From NCBI GenBank assembly GCA_965371515.1, contig CBDUYR010000065.1:1-12871 (forward strand): 12,871 nucleotides of DNA, given 5' to 3'. Within the stretch, counting starts at the first letter, position 1. Every line of letters starts with the position of its first letter. This DNA is from an uncultured bacterium. GTDB lineage: Bacteria; Krumholzibacteriota; Krumholzibacteriia; Krumholzibacteriales; Krumholzibacteriaceae. Below the pieces are notes generated by a model that saw nothing but the letters and a program-made list of their open reading frames with translations, was not told the origin of the DNA and ran no database searches. Below are positions 1 to 7,306 of this stretch, piece after piece. The translations under genes were made by a program, and so were the position numbers.

Positions 1-831
1 GAGACCGGGGACCAGGTAAGCCCCCTGGCAGTCCCTGATGATGCGGATGGTGCTATCGTTGTCTGGATCGATTGGCGCAGTGGAGAGCGCGACCTCTACG
101 CACAGCGGTTAGACGCAGACAGCACCTGTCAGTGGACTCCGGGCGGCGTGCCCGTCTGCACAGCCGCGGGCGACCAACGCAAACACGACGCGATTGCGGA
201 CGGCAACGGAGGGATGATAAGCGTATGGCAGGATGAGAGAGGAATCGACATCAACCTGTACTCACAGCTTATAGATGCCGACGGAATACCGGCCTGGACG
301 GCTGACGGGATCCCGGTCTGTTCAGAAACGAACGACCAGCTCTTGCCACGGCTTGCAACCGATGGCCGGGGGGGCGCGATCTATACATGGGCGGACCGGC
401 GTGATGCAGTATGGTATGAGGCTACAATATACACCCAGAGGATCACTGGGGCCGGCATTGCGGCGTGGCCTGCCGGCGGAATCCTGATCAGGGAACCCGG
501 AGGCTGGGATAACTCGATGCCGACAATAGTTCCTGACGGCTTCGGCGGGGCGATCATCGCCTGGTTCACATCGGAGCACCTGCCGGGAGCCCGGATCCCG
601 TCGCCAGCCGAATCCAGCGCAGAGGATATCGAGACGATCTACACACAGCGTATTGCGGGCGATGGAACGATCTGGTGGCAGGAAGGGGGCGTGCCGCTGT
701 GTGATGACCCTGGATATACCGCGCCGCGCAGCCAGAAGATACTCCCGGACGGTACGGGGGGAGCGGTCGTCACCTGGTACAATGTATTCGACATGGCTGG
801 CATTTTTGCACAGCGCGTAAACGGTACGGGC
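1..831 (+). repeat. About five protein-level tandem repeats of ~54 aa or longer (consensus DQ..P....DG.GGAI..W.D.R....IY.QR....G...W...G.PVC)
   Basis: Units read from the translation: DDADGAIVVWIDWR..DLYAQRL; DGNGGMISVWQDER..NLYSQLI; DGRGGAIYTWADRR..TIYTQRI; DGFGGAIIAWF..TIYTQRI; DGTGGAVVTWY..GIFAQRV. The first two units are each 54 aa. Confidence 0.85.
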
Positions 832-1143
832 AACGCTCCGCCGACAGGCACGGAACCGCAGCCGATTGCCCCGTTCAGCACACGAAACTATCCAAATCCG
901 TTTAATCCTCATACTACGATCGCATTCGCGATCCCCGAGGCAGGGCACGTCGATCTTCGAATCTACGATGTCGCCGGACGGCTCGTCCGAATACTGCTGA
1001 ACGAACAGAGGGTCGCCGGCAGTCACGAGGAAACATGGAACGGCGCGGATGACAGCGGCACGACCGTTGCGAGCGGTGTCTACTACTACCGCCTGAGCGC
1101 CGGCAATTTCCTCGAGACAAGAAAGATGGTACTGCTGCGTTGA
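1..1143 (+). CDS. Secreted repeat (probable beta-propeller) protein with C-terminal FlgD-Ig / T9SS type A sorting-like domain; 5'-truncated by the window edge
   Basis: Frame 1 is open from base 1 (ETGDQVSPLAVPDDADGAIVVWIDWRSGERDLYAQRLD...) and joins the track ORF 148..1143, so the GTG at 148 is internal. The C-terminus NYPNPFNPHTTIAF...LRIYDVAGRLVRIL...WNGADDSG..VASGVYYYRL...KMVLLR matches the FlgD-Ig/Por-secretion tail pattern. Confidence 0.85.
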   Translation, partial: ETGDQVSPLAVPDDADGAIVVWIDWRSGERDLYAQRLDADSTCQWTPGGVPVCTAAGDQRKHDAIADGNGGMISVWQDERGIDINLYSQLIDADGIPAWTADGIPVCSETNDQLLPRLATDGRGGAIYTWADRRDAVWYEATIYTQRITGAGIAAWPAGGILIREPGGWDNSMPTIVPDGFGGAIIAWFTSEHLPGARIPSPAESSAEDIETIYTQRIAGDGTIWWQEGGVPLCDDPGYTAPRSQKILPDGTGGAVVTWYNVFDMAGIFAQRVNGTGNAPPTGTEPQPIAPFSTRNYPNPFNPHTTIAFAIPEAGHVDLRIYDVAGRLVRILLNEQRVAGSHEETWNGADDSGTTVASGVYYYRLSAGNFLETRKMVLLR

Positions 1144-1189
1144 GAATTCGGGTAGACCGTCCCTTGCTCTGTGTTTCATACTCCGGTCC

Positions 1190-3733
1190 ATGATACGGAC
1201 CGCCGCACTCATACTGTCTTTTCTGATACTTGTCGCCGCCCTTTCATCATGCGGGTCGCAGCAGGAGAGCGTCCCTCGCGCGAAAACCACGCTCGAGCTT
1301 GATTCGGGATGGAGTTTCCGGCAGGAGGAAGACGACAGCGACTGGATGCCGGCGGCCGTCCCCGGCTGTATCCATACTGACCTGCTGGCCGCCGGCGCAA
1401 TACCCGACCCCTTTTTCGGCGATAACGAGAAGGACCTGCAATGGATCGGCGAGAAGGAATGGGTCTACGCCTGCACGTTTATCGCGGATGAGACGCTGCT
1501 GCGGCACGACAAGGTCTACATCACATTTGCAGGGCTCGATACCTACGCCGAGGTAAGCCTGAACTGCGTCCGCCTGTTCGATGCGGACAACATGTTCCGC
1601 GAATGGCGCGCCGACATCAAATCCCATCTCATCGAAGGGGAGAATGCCCTCGAGGTCCGGTTCCTTCCGCCCGGCCCGATAGAGGCCGAAAAACGAGCCG
1701 TCCCGGGATACGACCTGCCCGGCGGCGACAGAGTCTTTACGCGCAAGGCGGCTTATCACTACGGCTGGGACTGGGGTCCGGGATTCGTCACATGCGGCAT
1801 CTGGAGACCGGCGCTGATCACCGGCTGGTCCGATGTCATGATAAAGGAGATGGATGCGCGGATCCTCGAGATCTCGGGTGAGCGGGCCGTCGTCGACATC
1901 AGGGTGGACCTGTTTTCCGTATCCCAGGGCGAAGCAGAAGTGATCCTCCGCAATAAGAGCAGCGACAGGCAATACACTCGGAGGGTCATGTGCTTGAGCG
2001 GGGATAAATCAGAGGCAGCCGCCTTTGAGATCTCCATCCTCGAACCGCAGCTCTGGTGGCCGGCAGGACTGGGCGATCAGACTCTCCAGCACTATAAGGT
2101 CGAGGTCTTCATCGACGGTATCCTGGTAGACTCGTCGAACCTGGACTTCGGCATCAGATCGATCGAGCTAGTCACCGAAAAGGAAGAAGCGGGCGAAGCG
2201 TTCTATTTCCGCGTCAACGGCGTCCCGGTGTTCATGAAGGGGGCGAACTGGATCCCGATGGACAGTTTCCTGCCCAGGCCAGCCCCCGGCGATTACCGCC
2301 GGCTGCTGACGGCTGCGAAAGACGCCAACATGAACATGCTCCGGGTATGGGGAGGCGGGATATACGAGAACGACATATTCTACGACCTGTGCGACTCGCT
2401 CGGCATACTCGTATGGCAGGATTTCATGTACGCATGCGCGATGTATCCCGGCGACGATGAGTTTCTGGAGAACGCGGCAATCGAAGCAGAAGAGAATATA
2501 AGGCGATTGAGGAACCATCCCTGCCTCGCTCTGTGGTGCGGAAACAACGAGAACAACGAGGGATGGCACAATTGGGGATGGCAGCCTCAGTACTCCGAAG
2601 ACCAGCGCCTGGAGATATGGAAAGCGTATGAAGACCTCTTCGCCAGCATTCTGCCGAAGGCAATCGGAAAATGCGATGTTCGTGCATACCACCCTTCCTC
2701 ACCGAGATTCGGCAGGGCCGATCCGCGCAGTCTGACCGAGGGAGACGCACACTACTGGGGAGTATGGCACGACGCCGAGCCGTTCGAGGTACTCGAGGAG
2801 AAAATCCCCCGATTCATGAGCGAATTCGGGTTCCAGTCCCTGCCATCGATGAATACGATAGAGCTGTTTACAGATCCGGACGGACGGCATCTCGATTCTG
2901 AGGCGATGCTGAGCCACCAGAAGCATCCGCGCGGCTATCAACTGATCCGTGAATACATGGAGCGCGGGTACCGGGTGCCCGAAAAGTTCGAGGACTATAT
3001 CTACGTCAGCCAGCTCCTGCAGGCTGAGGGAATGCGCATCGGGTTTGAGGCGCAGAGGCGTGCCATGCCGCACTGCATGGGGACTCTCTACTGGCAACTA
3101 AACGACTGCTGGCCGGCCGTCTCGTGGTCGAGCATCGACTACGGCGGAGAATGGAAGGCTCTGCACTACGCGGCGAAGAAAGCGTTCGAGCCCGTACTCG
3201 TATCGACCGCGATAGAAGACGGATTGCTCCACCTCTACATAGTCTCCGACAGGCTCGAGGAGATAGGAGGCTGGATGAAGATGAAGCTCATGGGGTTTGA
3301 CGGTAAAGAGCTGTGGGAGAGGACGATCGCGGTAAAAGCTCCGCAGAACGAAAGCGTAAATATATTCTCCATCCCGCTCGACGAGTTTCTTTCCGATGCG
3401 GACCGCTCGTCGGTCGTATTCTCGGCAGAATTTATCTGTCCGGGGGAGAAGCCGCCTGTTGCGATCCGTTACTTCGTGTATCCAAAGGATATGAAGCTTC
3501 CCGCTGCCGAGGTAGCTTTTGATGTGATTCAAGGTGATTCGGGAGTGACGCTCACACTGACATCCGGTGTCCTTGCGAAGAATGTCTTCCTGGATCTCGA
3601 AGACAGTCATTTCTCAGACAATTTCTTCGACATACTACCGGGCGAGACAAAAAATGTAATCGTCGACATCAACATACCGGTTGATGAGATAAAAGACAGG
3701 CTCAGGATCAGGACCCTCAGGGATACTTACTGA
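1190..3733 (+). CDS. Glycoside hydrolase family 2 beta-mannosidase, predicted lipoprotein
   Basis: 847 aa. Motifs RKAAYHYGWDWGP, KGANWIP, NMLRVWGGGIYE, WQDFMYAC, WCGNNE (acid/base Glu), GDAHYWGVWH, RFMSEFGFQS (nucleophile Glu), YWQLNDCWP and FSDNFFD are typical of GH2 beta-mannosidases. Hydrophobic N-terminus ends in lipobox LSS-C21. Confidence 0.93.
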   Translation: MIRTAALILSFLILVAALSSCGSQQESVPRAKTTLELDSGWSFRQEEDDSDWMPAAVPGCIHTDLLAAGAIPDPFFGDNEKDLQWIGEKEWVYACTFIADETLLRHDKVYITFAGLDTYAEVSLNCVRLFDADNMFREWRADIKSHLIEGENALEVRFLPPGPIEAEKRAVPGYDLPGGDRVFTRKAAYHYGWDWGPGFVTCGIWRPALITGWSDVMIKEMDARILEISGERAVVDIRVDLFSVSQGEAEVILRNKSSDRQYTRRVMCLSGDKSEAAAFEISILEPQLWWPAGLGDQTLQHYKVEVFIDGILVDSSNLDFGIRSIELVTEKEEAGEAFYFRVNGVPVFMKGANWIPMDSFLPRPAPGDYRRLLTAAKDANMNMLRVWGGGIYENDIFYDLCDSLGILVWQDFMYACAMYPGDDEFLENAAIEAEENIRRLRNHPCLALWCGNNENNEGWHNWGWQPQYSEDQRLEIWKAYEDLFASILPKAIGKCDVRAYHPSSPRFGRADPRSLTEGDAHYWGVWHDAEPFEVLEEKIPRFMSEFGFQSLPSMNTIELFTDPDGRHLDSEAMLSHQKHPRGYQLIREYMERGYRVPEKFEDYIYVSQLLQAEGMRIGFEAQRRAMPHCMGTLYWQLNDCWPAVSWSSIDYGGEWKALHYAAKKAFEPVLVSTAIEDGLLHLYIVSDRLEEIGGWMKMKLMGFDGKELWERTIAVKAPQNESVNIFSIPLDEFLSDADRSSVVFSAEFICPGEKPPVAIRYFVYPKDMKLPAAEVAFDVIQGDSGVTLTLTSGVLAKNVFLDLEDSHFSDNFFDILPGETKNVIVDINIPVDEIKDRLRIRTLRDTY

Positions 3734-3734
3734 A

Positions 3735-3739
3735 AGAGG
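3735..3739 (+). promoter_or_regulatory. Shine-Dalgarno site for the GH92 gene
   Basis: AGAGG lies 8 nt upstream of ATG 3748, within the 14-nt gap after the GH2 stop; suggests co-transcription. Confidence 0.6.
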
Positions 3740-3747
3740 AAATCACA

Positions 3748-6702
3748 ATGAACCGTGCTGTACTTGTCGCTGCGCTGGCCATGCTGTCGCTTCTCTCCTG
3801 CTCGCCGGGAGGCGAGGATCTTGCCCGGCATGTCGACCCGATGATCGGCACGGGCGGGCACGGGCACACATTCCCCGCCGCAACGGTGCCGTTCGGGATG
3901 GTACAGCTCGGCCCCGACACGCGGCTTACCGGATGGGATGGATGCTCGGCATACCACTACTCAGACGATGTCATGTACGGGTTCAGCCATACCCACCTCA
4001 GCGGGACCGGATGCTCCGATTACGGCGACATCCTCATTATGGCAACGACGGGTGAGGCGCTTCTCGTTCAGGGAGAGGGCGACGACACCGGAAACGGCTA
4101 CCGCTCTCGCTTCACGCATGAGACGGAGCGGGCTGAACCGGGATATTACGCCGTCAGGCTCGACGACTACGGGGTCGAGGCCGAGCTGACTGTGACGGCA
4201 AGGGCGGGGATGCACCGCTACACCTTCCCCGAAGCGGAGCGGGCGAACATCATCATCGACCTTCTTCATCGCGACAAGGTCATCGATTCAGCGATCCGCA
4301 TCGTCGGCAACAATCGCATCGAGGGGTACAGGCGCTCGCGGGCCTGGGCGAGGGACCAGCATGTCTACTTCTCCGCCGAGTTCTCACAGCCGTTTATATC
4401 TCACGGAGTCGCGCTCGACGACCGGGCGCTCGAGGGCGCCTCCGCAGCCTCGGGCGGGAACATCAAGGCGTTCCTCACCTTCGACGCCGCCGACGGAGCG
4501 CAGGTAACGATGAGGATCGGGATATCGGCGGTCGACATCGAAGGGGCGCGAAAGAACCTCGAGTCGGAGATCCCGCACTGGGATTTCGGACGTGTCCGCT
4601 CCGACGCAAAGGCGCTCTGGAACGAGGCGCTCGGGCGGATTGTCGTCGACGGAGGCACCGGCGCGCAGAAGACGACATTCTATACAGCGCTCTATCACAG
4701 CCTGATCGCCCCCAACCTCTACGTCGATGTCGACGGCAGGTACCGGGGCAGAGACCTTTCGATCCATACAGCGGACGGATTCGACTATTACACGGTGTTT
4801 TCCCTGTGGGACACATACCGCGCCACCCACCCTCTCTTCACTATCATCGAGCGTGAGCGGACGGTCGATTTCATAGAGACGATGCTCGCGCAGTACGAGC
4901 AGGGCGGGATGCTGCCGGTCTGGGAACTCTCCGCCAACGAGACGGGGACGATGATCGGGTACCACTCGATACCGGTGATCGTCGACGCCTGGATCAAGGG
5001 GATACGCGACTTCGACCCGGCCCGAGCGCTTGCGGCGATGAAACACAGCGCCGACCAGGACCATCTCGGGCTGAAATATTATAAAAAGTACGGATTCATC
5101 CCGGCGGGCAGCGAGGGCGCGTCGGTGTCCCGGACCCTGGAGTACGCCTACGACGACTGGTGCATAGCCGAGTTCGCAAAATCGATCGGCGAGAGAAAAG
5201 ACTACGAGAGATTTATCCGGCGGGCCCAGGGGTACAGGCACATCTACGACCCGTCGGCGGGATTCATGAGGCCGCGGATAAACGGCGGCTGGCTCTCGCC
5301 TTTCGATCCGTCCGAGATCAACTTTCACTACACCGAGGCGAACGCGTGGCAGTACACCTTCTACGTGCCGCAGGACGTCGAGGGGTTGATCAGGCTGATG
5401 GGAGGTCGCGAGGTTTTTGCCGCACGTCTCGACGAGCTCTTCACGACATCCTCCGAGACGTCGGGGCTCGAGCAGCCCGATGTGAGCGGGCTTATCGGCC
5501 AGTACGCCCACGGGAACGAACCAAGCCAGCACATGGCCTACCTCTACAACTTCGCCGGGGTGCCGTGGAAGACTCAAGAGCGCGTCAGAGAGATCATGCA
5601 AACCATGTACGGCGATACGCCCGACGGGCTCTGCGGAAACGAAGACTGCGGGCAGATGTCGTCGTGGTATGTACTCAGCGCGCTGGGGTTCTACCCGGTA
5701 ACTCCCGGCTCCGACATTTACATCATCGGCTCTCCCCTCTTCGAGCATGCCGAGATCCAGCTCGAGAACGGGAAGAGGTTCAAGGTAACCGCCGCGGATC
5801 TTTCCGAAGAGAATGTCTATATACAGGGCTCGACGCTACGGGGGAAACCATATTCGAAGAGCTGGATCCGTCATGACGACATCATGAAGGGCGGCGAGCT
5901 TGTCTTCGAGATGGGGCCCTCGGCGGGCTCGTCGTGGGGAACGGCGGAAGAGGACCTCCCTCCATCGAGTATAGAGGATCACCTCGTCCTTCCAGCGCCG
6001 TATCTCGATCCCACGCCTTATTCCTTCTCCGGCTCGCTCGAGGTCACGATGGGGTGCTCAGATCCGAAGGCGGAGATCCGCTACACGACCGACGGGAAGG
6101 AACCGTCGGGCAGGTCGAACGAGTACACGAGGCCGCTGAAGATCAACCGGCCCGCGGAGATCAGGACGATCGCCATCAGGAAGGGGATGGAGCCGAGCCC
6201 GGTGGTCGACACGAGGTTCGAGATGATCCCCGACGACATATCGCTCGTACTTCATTCTGAGTACAGTTCGATGTACACAGCAGGCGGCAACATGGCCCTG
6301 ATCGACCGGGTACGCGGTGGCGACAATTTCAGGACGGGGATGTGGCAGGGATTCAAGGGAACCGACCTCGAGGCCGTTGTCGACCTTGGAAAAACACGAA
6401 AGGTACGGAGCATTGCGGCAGGATTCCTGCAGGAAACGGGATCGTGGATATTCATGCCCGAATCGGTCGAGTTCGCCGTCTCGAAAGACGGGAAGAAGTA
6501 CGAGACGGTGGCGGTCCTCACCCATGCCATCCCGCAGGACCTCGAGGGCTCGGTGACGAGGGATTTTATGAAATCGGGGATAAACAGGCGCGTGAGGTAT
6601 ATAAGGATGACGGCGAAGAATGCCGGGCTGTTGCCCGAATGGCACCCCGGTGCGGGACATCCGTCATGGCTGTTCGCCGACGAGATCATGGTTGAATACT
6701 GA
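3748..6702 (+). CDS. Glycoside hydrolase family 92 alpha-mannosidase, predicted lipoprotein, with C-terminal chitobiase/FN3-associated and F5/8-type-C (discoidin-like) domains
   Basis: 984 aa. GH92 motifs VDPMIGTGGHGHTFP, GFSHTHLSGTG, FSLWDTYR, SRTLEYAYDD, YTEANAWQY, YAHGNEPSQH and GNEDCGQMSSWY. IRYTTDGKEP marks the chitobiase/beta-hexosaminidase C-terminal-type module; WQGF..VVDLG..WIFMP..RYIRM..WLFADEI marks the discoidin-like module. Lipobox LLS-C18. Linkage specificity is not assignable by eye. Confidence 0.93.
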   Translation: MNRAVLVAALAMLSLLSCSPGGEDLARHVDPMIGTGGHGHTFPAATVPFGMVQLGPDTRLTGWDGCSAYHYSDDVMYGFSHTHLSGTGCSDYGDILIMATTGEALLVQGEGDDTGNGYRSRFTHETERAEPGYYAVRLDDYGVEAELTVTARAGMHRYTFPEAERANIIIDLLHRDKVIDSAIRIVGNNRIEGYRRSRAWARDQHVYFSAEFSQPFISHGVALDDRALEGASAASGGNIKAFLTFDAADGAQVTMRIGISAVDIEGARKNLESEIPHWDFGRVRSDAKALWNEALGRIVVDGGTGAQKTTFYTALYHSLIAPNLYVDVDGRYRGRDLSIHTADGFDYYTVFSLWDTYRATHPLFTIIERERTVDFIETMLAQYEQGGMLPVWELSANETGTMIGYHSIPVIVDAWIKGIRDFDPARALAAMKHSADQDHLGLKYYKKYGFIPAGSEGASVSRTLEYAYDDWCIAEFAKSIGERKDYERFIRRAQGYRHIYDPSAGFMRPRINGGWLSPFDPSEINFHYTEANAWQYTFYVPQDVEGLIRLMGGREVFAARLDELFTTSSETSGLEQPDVSGLIGQYAHGNEPSQHMAYLYNFAGVPWKTQERVREIMQTMYGDTPDGLCGNEDCGQMSSWYVLSALGFYPVTPGSDIYIIGSPLFEHAEIQLENGKRFKVTAADLSEENVYIQGSTLRGKPYSKSWIRHDDIMKGGELVFEMGPSAGSSWGTAEEDLPPSSIEDHLVLPAPYLDPTPYSFSGSLEVTMGCSDPKAEIRYTTDGKEPSGRSNEYTRPLKINRPAEIRTIAIRKGMEPSPVVDTRFEMIPDDISLVLHSEYSSMYTAGGNMALIDRVRGGDNFRTGMWQGFKGTDLEAVVDLGKTRKVRSIAAGFLQETGSWIFMPESVEFAVSKDGKKYETVAVLTHAIPQDLEGSVTRDFMKSGINRRVRYIRMTAKNAGLLPEWHPGAGHPSWLFADEIMVEY

Positions 6703-6720
6703 CCATTATTCTCATATATT
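6692..6720 (+). promoter_or_regulatory. Putative sigma70-type promoter for the metal-efflux unit (-35 TTGAAT 6692-6697, 17-bp spacer, -10 TATATT 6715-6720)
   Basis: 4/6 and 5/6 matches to TTGACA and TATAAT with optimal 17-bp spacing, in an AT-rich patch of an otherwise GC-rich window. The -35 overlaps the last codons of GH92. Confidence 0.55.
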
Positions 6721-6729
6721 TACCGGTAA
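6720..6729. promoter_or_regulatory. Perfect 10-bp palindrome TTACCGGTAA, candidate operator
   Basis: Self-complementary; abuts the -10 box and covers the expected transcription start. Confidence 0.35.
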
Positions 6730-6750
6730 GCTATACGGAACAGGCGGACC

Positions 6751-6755
6751 GGAGG
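6751..6755 (+). promoter_or_regulatory. Shine-Dalgarno site (GGAGG) for the His-rich RAPP ORF
   Basis: GGAGG lies 4 nt upstream of ATG 6760; supports translation of this ORF. Confidence 0.65.
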
Positions 6756-6759
6756 ACAG

Positions 6760-7212
6760 ATGATCGGGACCATCAGAAAGAGCAATATCTCGACCAGGGG
6801 CGGAATACTCGCCGCGCTCCTTCTCGTTGTGTCATTCGCGTCTGCCCAGGTCGCCTGCCTGACCCACACACACTGTGAAGGCGCGGACTGCTTCGAGCAC
6901 CGGGAAGAATCCGGCGCCCCTCAATATCCCGGACACCACGAACACGAAACTGATCACGAATGCGGCCACGGGGCCGATTCCCCATGCGAGGAAGAGCGTC
7001 AGGATCACGACATACATCATCACTCGCATGACGGGAAGACCCACCCGAAGCGAAGATTCACAACGCCTGCCGTAGAAGCAACCTTTGCCGATGCCACCAG
7101 CGAAGAGGCTCCTGTCTTCGAGCTGGCTGAATGGTCCCCGGTGGTCGATGAATCGCCGCCCTTCGAGAGATACGGACTCATCTTCGCCGAAAGAGCCCCT
7201 CCTCTCTCCTGA
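6760..7212 (+). CDS. Exported His/Cys-rich small protein with C-terminal RAPP motif; putative ribosome-arrest leader (DUF2946/CruR-like layout, czcI-like position)
   Basis: 150 aa with a strong SD. Basic N-region, hydrophobic ILAALLLVVSF and ASA29 cleavage-like site; 14 His and 5 Cys within residues 33-95; His/Cys-free linker 96-144; R145-A-P-P148-L-S-stop. Confidence 0.75.
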   Translation: MIGTIRKSNISTRGGILAALLLVVSFASAQVACLTHTHCEGADCFEHREESGAPQYPGHHEHETDHECGHGADSPCEEERQDHDIHHHSHDGKTHPKRRFTTPAVEATFADATSEEAPVFELAEWSPVVDESPPFERYGLIFAERAPPLS

Positions 7213-7306
7213 CCTCATAACTGATTTCATTTTTTCAATCTGAATCATGCGGCTCCGCGCCCGGTCATGGACATGGCCATACGGCAGCCCAACACATGGA
7301 GTGGAA

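Noticed and set aside
148..150. GTG start of the first ORF as given in the track
   Set aside because: The frame is open to base 1 and encodes another full repeat; the true start lies outside the window.
322..1290. 322-aa minus-strand ORF
   Set aside because: Antisense to a well-supported gene with no recognisable motifs; typical shadow ORF of GC-rich coding DNA.
4384..5748. 454-aa minus-strand ORF and other alternative-frame ORFs inside GH2/GH92
   Set aside because: Fully overlap conserved glycosidase genes and show no independent protein features.
7225..7235. T-rich run as an intrinsic terminator after the leader ORF
   Set aside because: No GC-rich hairpin immediately upstream; the hairpin at 7251-7289 lies downstream of it.
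7247..7306. 20-aa N-terminal extension of TolC from ATG 7247
   Set aside because: No SD before 7247; ATG 7307 has a GGAG and begins a typical signal peptide.
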